A stretch of 64,000 nucleotides of DNA from Acidobacteriota bacterium (GTDB taxonomy: Bacteria > Acidobacteriota > UBA6911 > RPQK01 > JAJDTT01): contig OZ253580.1 of the NCBI GenBank assembly GCA_965263035.1, positions 4,000,001 to 4,064,000 of the forward strand, written 5' to 3'. The position numbers and the translations under genes were made by a program. Positions 19,072 to 28,265 of the stretch are shown here, one piece after another. Within the stretch, counting starts at the first letter, position 1, and each line of letters opens with the position of its first letter. The notes under the pieces are model-generated. The model searched no databases. It was not told the DNA's origin and worked only from the letters and a program-made list of their open reading frames with translations.

Positions 19072-19506
19072 TCAGTGCATGAACTCCTTGGCCCGCTCGG
19101 CCAGCTCCTCCGGAGTCAGATCCTCCTGGTGGGTGGCGATGCACCAGGTGTTGCCGGCCGGGTCCTGGACGAAGGCGTTGCGGTCCCCGTAGAACATGTC
19201 GGTCGGCTCCTGCATGGATGTCGCCCCGGCCTCCAGCGCCTGCGCGTAGGTGGCGTCAGTGTCCGGCACGTAGAGGTAGAGCATGCAGGGGAGTTCAGGG
19301 AAGCCTTTCTGCGCCCGACCCATCATCACGTACGAATCGCCGATGAGGGCCTCCGCGTGCCCCGTCCGCCCGTCCTGGCTGGGGACACGCTCCTTCTCCG
19401 TAGCGGCGAAAGCCACCTTGAGAAAATCGAGGAACTGGTCGATGTCGGCAACGACGATGTACGGTGTCACCGTGTGGAAGCCATCGGGGATCGGATTCAC
19501 GGCCAT
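19072..19506 (-). CDS. VOC/glyoxalase (PhnB-like) protein
   Basis: PIPDGFHTVTPY, HAEALIGDS, DMFYGDR, DPAGNTWCIATH. Confidence 0.9.
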   Translation of the reverse strand: MAVNPIPDGFHTVTPYIVVADIDQFLDFLKVAFAATEKERVPSQDGRTGHAEALIGDSYVMMGRAQKGFPELPCMLYLYVPDTDATYAQALEAGATSMQEPTDMFYGDRNAFVQDPAGNTWCIATHQEDLTPEELAERAKEFMH

Positions 19507-19683
19507 GGAATCGTTCTCCTGTTCACGGCTGTTGTAGTTCGGCGTCGACAGGGCACTGAGGTTATCCAACCTTCTGCATCCCAGCAAGGGCGCGTCCAAC
19601 CGCGCCGGCAACCGCGGCAATTCAATTGAATACCGCTAACTGACTAACGGTCAGGTCGCATTCGTCATATACTCAGCGACTCT

Positions 19684-22600
19684 GTGCGAAATTCCAGCTT
19701 AGTTATCCTGCTCCTTATCAGTGTTTTGTGGACGGCTGATTCGGGCATAGCTCAGAGTCAGGTTGCGGTGTTGGAGGGGACGGTCCGGGAACTGGACGGC
19801 GGTCCTCTGACCCGCGTCGAGATCCGGGCCCGGCGGACGGAGACCAACGAACTCTTGGTCCTCGAAACCGACGCCTCCGGCCTCTACGGCTGGGACGGTC
19901 TGCCGGTGGGAGACTACGAAGTCCTGGCCTCCAAGGATGGCTTCGATTCGCAGCGAAGGATGCCGGTCCGGCTCCAGGTCGGACAGCGGGTCCGCCTCGA
20001 TTTTCGCCTCCGCACCAGCCCGCCGGGGGAGGCTTCCAAGATCGAGGGGGACCTGTCCCGGCTCACCGTCGAGCGGGACGACGTGGGCCAGCTCATCGAT
20101 CGCAAGCAGCTGCGAAACATGCCCTCCAAGGAACGCAACTTCACGGACCTGGTCACCCTGGCTCCGGGGGCTGTCTCGAGGGGGACGCGGCGCATTCAGG
20201 TCCTGGGGATGAGCTGGCGGGACAACCTGACCTATTTCGATGGGACCCTCATCACCGGCGGCGACGGGTCTACCAACATGACTCCCTCGTCGGAAGCCAT
20301 CCGGGAATTCGATGTCAAGACCGGCCTCTATTCGGCGCAGTACGGCATTCGCTCAGGAGGTCAGGTACTGTTGGTGAGCCGGCACGGCGGCAACCGTTTC
20401 CATGGCGGCCTCTTCTGGTTTCACCGCAACGACAATCTGGATGCGCGAAACTACTTCGAACAGCGGAAGGCGGAATTCAAACGGAATCAGATGGGGGGCA
20501 CTCTGGGGGGTCCCCTGATCCTGCCCGGTCTGAACCGGAATCGGGACAGCGCCTGGTTTTTCATCTCCTATCTGCATTACACGATTCGGGAGACGCTTCC
20601 CCTGACGGCCGTGGTGCCCACTCCGGAACAACGTGAGGGCCGGTTCGCCGGCGCCATCCTGGATCCGGTGACTGGGAACCCGTTTCCCGACAATCGAATT
20701 CCGGCCCATCGAATCGACCCGGTGACCCTGCAACTGCTCAGCTTCTACCCTCTTCCCAACACTGCGGGACCCCTCAACTTCACGAGTCCCGATTCCAAGC
20801 GGCCGCACGACAATCGGCAGGTCATCGCCCGCGTCGACCTGAGGACCTCTTCGTCCAGCAGTTGGGCATTCCGTTTCGCCGGTGATCGACGGCCCACGAC
20901 CCGGTCCAGAGTTTTCAGCGTCTTCACAACCCGGATGCCGCTCGGGAGCTACAGCCAAGCCATCACCAACACCCGGAGGCTCTCGGCAGGATCGGTCAAC
21001 TATTTCGGTCTGCACTGGTTCCGGAGACCCTACACGGCCGCGGTGGCCCGGCCCAAGACCGAGGCCGTGAGGCGGTTGGGAATCCCCCAACTGTTGGAGA
21101 CGGAGATCGACCGCGACGGCATTCCCCTGGTGTCGATCCAGGGATATACGGGCTTCGGGGATCTCCAGCGGATCGGACCGGTCATCGTAGGGAACTGGCA
21201 GGTGAAAGACGATCTGGCACTTCAACGCGGGCCCCACTCGTTCCAGATGGGCGTGGAGTTCCGGCAGAATTACAATTTCTTCGGCCTGCAAGGGCGGTCC
21301 CGCTTCGATTTCTTCGATCGTTACACCGGGAACGCGCTTGCCGACTTCCTCTTGGGTTACCCGTCCAGGACCCTGTTGGGAGGCGAGGAACGCCGGGGCA
21401 GTTATCACCAGAACAGCATCTACAGCTACCTGCAGGACCGTTGGCGCATCACGCCGGCGTTGGCTCTGACCCTGGGCCTCCGGTACGAATGGAGAAACCC
21501 GTGGCGGGACAAACGGGGATTCATGGGCAACTTCGATCCCGTCTCCGGAGAACTCTTTCCTCTTCTCCTGGACCTGGAACTGGCCCCGGGAGAAACGGGC
21601 CGCTTCCGTCCCAATTTTCCGCTGGTGGAGTGGCGGCCCTGGGAGGGACTGCTGCCCCGGCTGGGAATGGCTCTTCGGCTCGGCCAATCCTCGGTGCTCA
21701 ATCTGGGACTCGGGCTCTATTCCAATGAGACGGATCTCTCGATGATTCAAGGACTGGGGAAGAATCCCCGGCCCGGATCCCGGCTTCTGACCTTCAACGG
21801 CCCGCTGGAGAGTCCCGGGTTGACCCTCTCCGATCCCTTTCCTGCCGCGCTGGCCAGTTCAGCCGTTCCCACCTTGACGGGACACGTGACACCCACGCCG
21901 CTGCCCCGGACCCGTACCTGGGGACTGTCGCTGCAGCACCGCTGGACCCCCGACCTGATACTGGACATGGGCTACCAGAACTCGCGGACCGGCGGACGGT
22001 TGGAGACGGTCTCCTTCAACGACGCCGTACCCGGCAGCGGTGACCGGCAATCCCGGCGCCCCTTTCCGGAACTGCAATCGGTCCTGTTCACGGCGGCCTT
22101 TGCCGATGCCTGGTATCACAGCTCCTTCCTCCAGTTGGAAAAGAGGCCGGGTCCCGACGGGCTCCGCTTGCAGGGGTCCTTTTCCTGGGCGAGCCTGATC
22201 GATACGGGGGGCGGAGACCAGGGGAACCAGAGCGACTTGCTGCTTCGGTCCATCAACGTGTCGCCGGAGCTGAATCGAGGCGTATCGGACTCCCAGATCA
22301 AGAAGCGTTTACTCTTGTCCGGCAGCTACGACCTTCCCTTCGGTTCCAGAAGGCGATTCGTGCGGACCGGATGGGCGGGACGAATTCTGGGCGGCTGGTC
22401 GCTCCAGGGCATTTCCACCTTCCAGGACGGAGCCTGGTTCACCGTCTATTTGCCCGGTGACCCGCTCGACACCGGGTCCCATTATTCTCAGTGGCCCGAT
22501 CGCCTCCGTGAAGCCAATCTGCAGCCGTCGGAGCGGCATCCCCAGCGCTGGTTCGACACCGCCGCCTTCGCCCGGCCGGAGGGCTTTCGCTACGGAAACG

Positions 22601-22845
22601 GAGGGCGCAACACCATCGAGGGTCCCGGGGTCATCAACCTCGATGTCTCCCTCCGCCGGGTCTTGCAGGTGCGGGACGAGGAGACTCTCGAGGTGAGGCT
22701 GGAGGCGTTCAACAGCCTCAACCGCGCCAACTTCAACCCCAGGGTGCGGGACGGGATCACCCAGTTTGGAACCCCCGAATTCGGAGTCGTGGGCCGGGCC
22801 CTCGCCGGCCGCCAACTCCAGCTGGCGCTCAAGTACTCGTTCTAG
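19684..22845 (+). CDS. TonB-dependent receptor-like outer-membrane protein with carboxypeptidase-regulatory-like N-domain
   Basis: RNDNLDARNYF, KRNQMGGTLGGP, YLQDRWR..PALALTLGLRYE, RQLQLALKYSF C-terminus. Confidence 0.9.
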   Translation: MRNSSLVILLLISVLWTADSGIAQSQVAVLEGTVRELDGGPLTRVEIRARRTETNELLVLETDASGLYGWDGLPVGDYEVLASKDGFDSQRRMPVRLQVGQRVRLDFRLRTSPPGEASKIEGDLSRLTVERDDVGQLIDRKQLRNMPSKERNFTDLVTLAPGAVSRGTRRIQVLGMSWRDNLTYFDGTLITGGDGSTNMTPSSEAIREFDVKTGLYSAQYGIRSGGQVLLVSRHGGNRFHGGLFWFHRNDNLDARNYFEQRKAEFKRNQMGGTLGGPLILPGLNRNRDSAWFFISYLHYTIRETLPLTAVVPTPEQREGRFAGAILDPVTGNPFPDNRIPAHRIDPVTLQLLSFYPLPNTAGPLNFTSPDSKRPHDNRQVIARVDLRTSSSSSWAFRFAGDRRPTTRSRVFSVFTTRMPLGSYSQAITNTRRLSAGSVNYFGLHWFRRPYTAAVARPKTEAVRRLGIPQLLETEIDRDGIPLVSIQGYTGFGDLQRIGPVIVGNWQVKDDLALQRGPHSFQMGVEFRQNYNFFGLQGRSRFDFFDRYTGNALADFLLGYPSRTLLGGEERRGSYHQNSIYSYLQDRWRITPALALTLGLRYEWRNPWRDKRGFMGNFDPVSGELFPLLLDLELAPGETGRFRPNFPLVEWRPWEGLLPRLGMALRLGQSSVLNLGLGLYSNETDLSMIQGLGKNPRPGSRLLTFNGPLESPGLTLSDPFPAALASSAVPTLTGHVTPTPLPRTRTWGLSLQHRWTPDLILDMGYQNSRTGGRLETVSFNDAVPGSGDRQSRRPFPELQSVLFTAAFADAWYHSSFLQLEKRPGPDGLRLQGSFSWASLIDTGGGDQGNQSDLLLRSINVSPELNRGVSDSQIKKRLLLSGSYDLPFGSRRRFVRTGWAGRILGGWSLQGISTFQDGAWFTVYLPGDPLDTGSHYSQWPDRLREANLQPSERHPQRWFDTAAFARPEGFRYGNGGRNTIEGPGVINLDVSLRRVLQVRDEETLEVRLEAFNSLNRANFNPRVRDGITQFGTPEFGVVGRALAGRQLQLALKYSF

Positions 22846-22902
22846 GAGGGGACATTCTTGTCCCCCACAGTGGCAAGAATCGGGGGTTGAAAACCCCCGC
22901 TC
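22843..22902. repeat. REP/BIME-like palindrome pair, right arm interrupted by the intron
   Basis: GGGGACAttctTGTCCCC plus CGGGGGTTgaaAACCCCCGctc|cca; the same composite occurs inverted at 38122-38194. Confidence 0.7.
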
Positions 22903-23532
22903 GTGCGCCCGACATGGGCTGTATCTAAGGGATGAAAGATCCCAAGGGAGGTGATGGGACCAACCCTAGCCGAACCGCAAGGCGTAGCCGCGAGGTGAAG
23001 CTGAAGGAAGCGGAAGGCAAACCCACGACCGCAGGAACACGAACCGGCAGCGAGGCCGGGTGCGGGCGGTGAGCTGGCGAGCAACAGCGAAACCCGAACC
23101 CCATCCAGACGTACCAGGTAGAGCCGGGCGGCCCGGGGGGAAAGATGCAGCACCTTACTCGGGGAGATCTCAAGGGTGAGAGCCTTTGAGAAGTCAGCAG
23201 AGGTCATAGTAGCGAAGAAGCCGGATAATGCCGGTGGAGCGAAGGACCGAAGGAGTCGGACGGGCCCTATGGTGGACTCGTCAGCGGGATCGCAACTACC
23301 TCCGGAAACGGGGCGGGGGGAGGCCCCTCGGACCCGGCACGGAAGGCCCAAGGGTGGAACCCGTCAAGCCGGAAGGGCGGAGATCAAGTCCCAGCGGCGG
23401 CGAAAACCGGAAAGAAAGGCCCTTTACGAGGCTCGAAAGAGCCTCGAGTGACTCCAACCGCCGGATACTGAAAACGGTACGTCCGGTGGTGTGGGAGGGT
23501 GCAGGGGCGCAATCCCCTGCACTCGACCCGAT
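22903..23532 (+). mobile_element. ORF-less group IIC intron (630 nt)
   Basis: 5' GTGCG; CTTACTCGGGGAGATCT..GAGAAGTCAGCAGAGGTCATAGTAG..GAAGGACCGAA (DII/DIII); DV AACCGCCGGATAC..GTACGTCCGGTGGTGTGGGAGG; DVI hairpin ending CCCGAT; sits just after a stem-loop; no RT motifs. Confidence 0.9.
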
Positions 23533-23625
23533 CCATCCTTTTTCTTCCGGGATTTCGGCGGACCCCGGCCGGCGGGAAAGCCTTTCAGAGACAAGAGGGA
23601 GTTCGTGTGCAGCTACCTCACCGGG

Positions 23626-23904
23626 CTAAACCAATTCGATATGCACACGTCGTCCGACGATCGCCGCGGCCCGCTGGAGGCTGGAGAGTGTAATGTCGTC
23701 GTTCGGATCGAGCAGACGGTCCACCTGGGAACGGCTGGTTTTGAGCAGCTTGGCCATCTTGCTCTTAGAGAGATTCCTGCTCTTCATGGCGGCGGCTAGT
23801 TGCCACGCGACAACCTCTTTAATCGACTGCGTTTGAGCTTCATCGAAGGTGCCTTCTTCCCTGAGAAAATCATCAAGGCTCGATCCCATGTGTTGCTCGC
23901 TCAT
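23626..23904 (-). CDS. XRE/HTH antitoxin (HigA-like)
   Basis: GSSLDDFLREEG, SKSKMAKLLKTSRSQVDRLLDP, ITLSSLQRAA. Confidence 0.85.
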   Translation of the reverse strand: MSEQHMGSSLDDFLREEGTFDEAQTQSIKEVVAWQLAAAMKSRNLSKSKMAKLLKTSRSQVDRLLDPNDDITLSSLQRAAAIVGRRVHIELV

Positions 23905-24251
23905 CGTTCCAACTCCTTCCGGCGCTTGCGCGCGGTGGCCAGATCGGCTTTCGGCGTGGCTCGCGTTTTCTTGATGAACCCGTGCAACGCCACAAGGTGT
24001 TCACGGAAAAAACAGAGCAGCACTCGCGCCGTCCGGTTCGTTGGCAGGTCTGTCCGGACTTCCCAGAGACCTTCGCCCAACGGGCGACTCAGGGGCATAC
24101 CCACCGGCCAACGCCATTGCGCCCGCATCAGATCGTTCCCTATCGCTCGCCGCTCTTTCTCATCCAACCCTTTCAGCCCTTCCCTGACGGGTTCGCGGCC
24201 CGCACCAGTGCGGTAGAACACCAACGGGGTTTTCTGCGGCCTCTCTACCAT
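23901..24251 (-). CDS. RelE/ParE-superfamily toxin (HigB/Gp49-like)
   Basis: FYRTGAGREPVRE, WPVGMP, GLWEVR, LHGFIKKT; ATGA overlap with antitoxin. Confidence 0.85.
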   Translation of the reverse strand: MVERPQKTPLVFYRTGAGREPVREGLKGLDEKERRAIGNDLMRAQWRWPVGMPLSRPLGEGLWEVRTDLPTNRTARVLLCFFREHLVALHGFIKKTRATPKADLATARKRRKELER

Positions 24252-24629
24252 GCCGTCTTTTCAGTGCCAATTCACCGCGAAGTGTACCATAAATAATGCA
24301 CTATATGCGGTCTGACCGGAGTGGGTTCCCGCCACCTCACAGTCGTGTAAGAGCCGCATCTGGCAAGGTGTCGCGCTCGCGGGCGACCCACTCCGTACAG
24401 CAACTCGAGGACAAAGGAAGAGAGTGTTGAGGTGGTCCCGCCGAATGCTCAGCTGCGCTTCCGGTTTCCCGAGGATTGCGCTATGCTCTCTCTTCGCCTG
24501 AATTGCCCCCGTTCGAGTCGTTTTCGAAGACCTTTCGAGCGACTCTGGAAACGCCTGCCAAGGCTGGGATTTCGCGGGTCGCAGGCGGTGTGATCCAACT
24601 TCATCGGCGGTTTCGGAGACCAGCGGAAC

Positions 24630-25049
24630 GTGGCCGTCATCGAGATCAACAGGCATCCTTCTAACCGTGAGCTCCGCCAGTTCGGTGCCATCGGGTGGCC
24701 CATCTTCTGCGGTGTGCTGGGAGCTTGGCGGGCCTACTATTCCGGTGATTGGACCCTGGCGGGGATCGTCTGGTCGCTGGGTGTCCTGGGAGCCGTCATC
24801 GGATGGCTGAGGCCGGCCTGGGTGCGGCCCGTCTACGTGGGTTGGATGTATGCGGTGTTTCCCATTGGCTGGACCGTCTCTCATCTGGTCCTGGCCGTCA
24901 TCTATTTCCTCATCCTCACTCCCATCGGACTCGTGGTACGCTGGTTCCGGCCCGACCCGCTGGGGATGAAATTGGACCGGAAACGAGACACCTACTGGGT
25001 TCCTCATGAGCCCGGCCGCGATCCGGAACGCTACTTCCGACAGTTCTGA
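24630..25049 (+). CDS. SxtJ-family membrane protein
   Basis: ELRQFG, RPVYVGWM, YFLILTPIGL, DPLG, YFRQF end. Confidence 0.85.
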   Translation: MAVIEINRHPSNRELRQFGAIGWPIFCGVLGAWRAYYSGDWTLAGIVWSLGVLGAVIGWLRPAWVRPVYVGWMYAVFPIGWTVSHLVLAVIYFLILTPIGLVVRWFRPDPLGMKLDRKRDTYWVPHEPGRDPERYFRQF

Positions 25050-25071
25050 GGAAGATTTCCGGAGCGATTCC

Positions 25072-25278
25072 ATGGCGAACGACAGCTCATCCGAAGCTTC
25101 CCGGTTCCGCCAGGGCGCCGAACGGCCCCAGACCGGAATCGTTCGTGAGTTTTGGGACTTCCTGCGCCACAACAAGAAGTGGTGGCTGACCCCCATCATC
25201 ATCGTGTTGCTGTTGCTGGGGATTCTGATCGTGCTGTCGGGGTCGGCGGCGGCGCCCTTCATCTACACTCTTTTCTAA
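25072..25278 (+). CDS. DUF5989/SxtK-family small membrane protein
   Basis: EFWDFLRHNKKWWLTPII...AAPFIYTLF. Confidence 0.9.
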   Translation: MANDSSSEASRFRQGAERPQTGIVREFWDFLRHNKKWWLTPIIIVLLLLGILIVLSGSAAAPFIYTLF

Positions 25279-25291
25279 CGGGGCGGAGACC

Positions 25292-26335
25292 ATGAACAAC
25301 TATCCGAAGCTTCACAACGCCGGCTGGCCGGGGGTCGTGGGGAAGGGGCCGGACGCCGAGGAGCCTTTCATCGATCTGGACACCATGCTGGACTGGACGG
25401 CGGCGGCCGAGGTGGACGGCGTCCGGTTCGACGGAGTCGACCTCTTCCTGAGCGCTCCCCACGTGGACATCGACTCCTCCGACGACGACCTGAAGAGGCT
25501 GGCCGAGAAGGTGCAGTCGCGGGACCTGGTCATCGGAAGCGTGGTGGCCCCGGTGTGGCTGCCCACCGGCGGCGGATCGGCCATGGGAGACGTGGCCGAA
25601 CGGGGACGGTTCCTGAGCATGGTCGAGAAGGCCTGTGCCATTGCCCGGCGGCTCGGAGAACTGGGCGTGCGTCCCTATGGCGTGGTCCGCATCGATTCCT
25701 CGGTGGATCCGGGGACCTGGGCGGCTGACCCGGAAGGGAACACCGGACGCATCGCCGAGACCTTTAGAGCCGCGTGCGAACGGGCCGGGGACCAGGGCGA
25801 GCTCCTGGCGGCCGAGGGAGAGGTCTGCTGGGGCGGGATGCACAGTTGGAAGGAGATGCTGAAGCTCCTGGAACTGGTCGACCGGCCGGAGATTCTGGGC
25901 TTTCAGGCCGACATGGCTCACACGCTGCTCTATCTGCTGGGCGTCAACGCGGAGAGCGACGCGATCCTTCCGGCGAACTTCGACTGGCAGGACCAGGAGG
26001 CTTTCCAGCAGGCCTACCGGACCCTGACCGGCAGCCTCCGACGCTGGACCATCGATTTCCACGTGGCCCAGAACGACGCCACGGTCAAGGGTTCCGGCTC
26101 CCACGACAAGACGGGCCGTCACTGCCTGCCCTCCGACCCGGGGGGCAAGTTGGATGTGGTCTGGGCCGCCGGACACTGGCTCCGTGACTCGGAGGGTCAG
26201 GTCACCCGAACCTGCAGGCACATCTGCTGGGACGGCTGCATGTTTCCCAATGCGGTCATGGCGGATCCGGGAACCTGGAATCAGATCCTCTCCTGCATGA
26301 TCCAGGTCCGCGATGCCCATGGTTGGGAGGAGTGA
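25292..26335 (+). CDS. Sugar phosphate isomerase/epimerase (xylose-isomerase-like TIM barrel)
   Basis: AAEGEVCWGGMHSW, DMAH, DFHVAQND, WDGC metal-ligand pattern. Confidence 0.8.
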   Translation: MNNYPKLHNAGWPGVVGKGPDAEEPFIDLDTMLDWTAAAEVDGVRFDGVDLFLSAPHVDIDSSDDDLKRLAEKVQSRDLVIGSVVAPVWLPTGGGSAMGDVAERGRFLSMVEKACAIARRLGELGVRPYGVVRIDSSVDPGTWAADPEGNTGRIAETFRAACERAGDQGELLAAEGEVCWGGMHSWKEMLKLLELVDRPEILGFQADMAHTLLYLLGVNAESDAILPANFDWQDQEAFQQAYRTLTGSLRRWTIDFHVAQNDATVKGSGSHDKTGRHCLPSDPGGKLDVVWAAGHWLRDSEGQVTRTCRHICWDGCMFPNAVMADPGTWNQILSCMIQVRDAHGWEE

Positions 26336-26353
26336 GTCGGCCTCGGGAGTGAA

Positions 26354-27322
26354 ATGGCTCGAAACGAGTCCCTCCTGCCCTCCGCCGTAGAGGCCATCGG
26401 TGAGACCCCCCTGGTCGAGCTCTCGCGGATCACGAGCGGCGGTCAGGGACGGATCCTGGCCAAGCTGGACCACCTCAATCCGGGTTTTTCCAAGAAGGAT
26501 CGGATCGCGCGGCAGATCATCGAGGATGCCGAAGCCGGCGGCGAGATCCGCCCGGGTCAGACGGTGATCGAGCTCACCAGCGGGAACACCGGAACCGGTC
26601 TCGCCATCGTCTGCGGCCTCAAGGGCTATCCCTTCGTGGCAGTCATGTCCAAGGGCAACTCGGGGGAGCGGGCGCGCATGATGAGGTCTCTGGGCGCGGA
26701 AGTGGTCCTGGTGGACCAACTTCCGAATTCGGTTCCGGGCCAGGTGTCGGGGGGAGACTTGGAACTGGTGGAGCAGGCTACGCGGGAACTGGTGCGGGAG
26801 CGCCGGGCGTTTCGCGCCGATCAGTTCCTGCACCGGGGGAACTTCCGGGCCCATTACCTGCACACGGGCCCAGAGTTCCTGCGGCAGTCGGGCCACTCGA
26901 TCCAGGCTTTCTGCGACTTCGTGGGGAGCGGGGGCACGTTTGCCGGCTGTGCGGCGGCGTTCAAGGAATACGACCCGGGGATCCGGTGCTATGTGGTGGA
27001 GCCGGAGGGGGCCGCGGTCCTGGCCGGCCAGGAGGCCGGACGGCCGGGCCACCGGATCCAGGGAGGGGGCTACTCGATGGCCGATCTGGCCTGCATCGAT
27101 CGGGCCCACGTGGACGGGTATCTGCAGGTCTCCGACGACGAGGCGATCCGGATGGCCCGCCGCCTGGCCCGGGAGGAAGGCATCTTCGCCGGTTTCTCCA
27201 GCGGCGCCAACCTGGCCGGAGCCCTGCAACTGCTGGCCGGACCTTGCGCCGGGAAGACGGTCGCCATCATGATCTGTGATTCGGGATTGAAATACCTGAG
27301 CACGGACCTATGGCAGGATTAG
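26354..27322 (+). CDS. PLP-dependent cysteine synthase family protein
   Basis: IGETPLV, NPGFSKKDR, TSGNTG, GSGGT, GFSSGAN, CDSGLKYLS. Confidence 0.9.
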   Translation: MARNESLLPSAVEAIGETPLVELSRITSGGQGRILAKLDHLNPGFSKKDRIARQIIEDAEAGGEIRPGQTVIELTSGNTGTGLAIVCGLKGYPFVAVMSKGNSGERARMMRSLGAEVVLVDQLPNSVPGQVSGGDLELVEQATRELVRERRAFRADQFLHRGNFRAHYLHTGPEFLRQSGHSIQAFCDFVGSGGTFAGCAAAFKEYDPGIRCYVVEPEGAAVLAGQEAGRPGHRIQGGGYSMADLACIDRAHVDGYLQVSDDEAIRMARRLAREEGIFAGFSSGANLAGALQLLAGPCAGKTVAIMICDSGLKYLSTDLWQD

Positions 27323-27398
27323 TCCCACGCCCTCAAGATTTGGTGCAATTGGACGAAGAATTTTTCGTATACATTTTTCTCAGAATTGAGGTGTAGTG

Positions 27399-28238
27399 AT
27401 GAGAGCGACGAGACGCGGACTTTTCAGGCTGGGGGTGGCGGCGGCGTCAGCGGGGATCTTTGCAGGCCGGACTCGGGTGGCGCGCGCGAAAAAGCGGTCC
27501 TTGAAGTTGGGGGTGGCCAGTTACTCGCTGCGCAACATCCCCCGTCCCGGGGCCATCGAAATGGTACGGGAGTTGGGGACGCCTTACGTCAACATCAAGT
27601 CCTTTCACATTCCCTATGAGACTTCAAAGGACGAGCGGGCCCGAGCTCGGGCAGAGATCGAAAAGTCCGGTCTCCGGATCGTCGGAGGGGGGACCATCGG
27701 CATCAAGGAAGACACGGACGACGCCGTCGAGTTCTACTTCGAATATGCGAAACAGTGTGGCATGCCCCTCATGGTCATCGCTCCCACGGCCCAGGTCATG
27801 CCCCGGGTGGAGAAATACGTCAAGCGCTACGGTATCGCGGTGGCCGTCCACAACCACGGTCCCGAGGACGAGCAATTTCCGGCGCCCTCCGACGGGCTCA
27901 AGGTGATCAAGGGAATGGACCCGCGCGTGGGGCTGTGCGTCGACGCGGGTCACACGGCCCGCACGGGAGTCGACGTGGTGGAAGCGATCCGGCAGGCCGG
28001 CGACCGGGTGCTGGACATGCACATGAAGGACCTCCGCGATTTCACCGACCGGGAGAGCCAGTGCATCGTCGGTCAGGGCAAGATGCCGGTGGCCGGCATC
28101 TTCCGGGAGTTGATCCGGATGGGTTATTCGGGCCACGTCAACCTGGAATACGAGATCGAACCGGACACTCCCCTCCCGGGCATGAAACAGTCCTTCGCCT
28201 ATATGCGGGGAGTTCTGGACGGTCTGGCGCGGTCCTGA
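27399..28238 (+). CDS. Tat-exported sugar phosphate isomerase/epimerase
   Basis: TRRGLF leader; ASYSLR, HNHGPED, DAGH, HMKD, LEYE. Confidence 0.85.
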   Translation: MRATRRGLFRLGVAAASAGIFAGRTRVARAKKRSLKLGVASYSLRNIPRPGAIEMVRELGTPYVNIKSFHIPYETSKDERARARAEIEKSGLRIVGGGTIGIKEDTDDAVEFYFEYAKQCGMPLMVIAPTAQVMPRVEKYVKRYGIAVAVHNHGPEDEQFPAPSDGLKVIKGMDPRVGLCVDAGHTARTGVDVVEAIRQAGDRVLDMHMKDLRDFTDRESQCIVGQGKMPVAGIFRELIRMGYSGHVNLEYEIEPDTPLPGMKQSFAYMRGVLDGLARS

Positions 28239-28265
28239 CGCGCTATTGCGCCGGAGCGGCGACGA

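Noticed and set aside
3657-24630. Integron cassette array explaining the many TA modules
   Set aside because: No convincing attC (RYYYAAC...GTTRRRY) hairpins at gene ends and no IntI.
12785-25278. Saxitoxin biosynthesis cluster
   Set aside because: Only the widespread sxtI/J/K-like genes are present; there is no sxtA, sxtG or other core gene.
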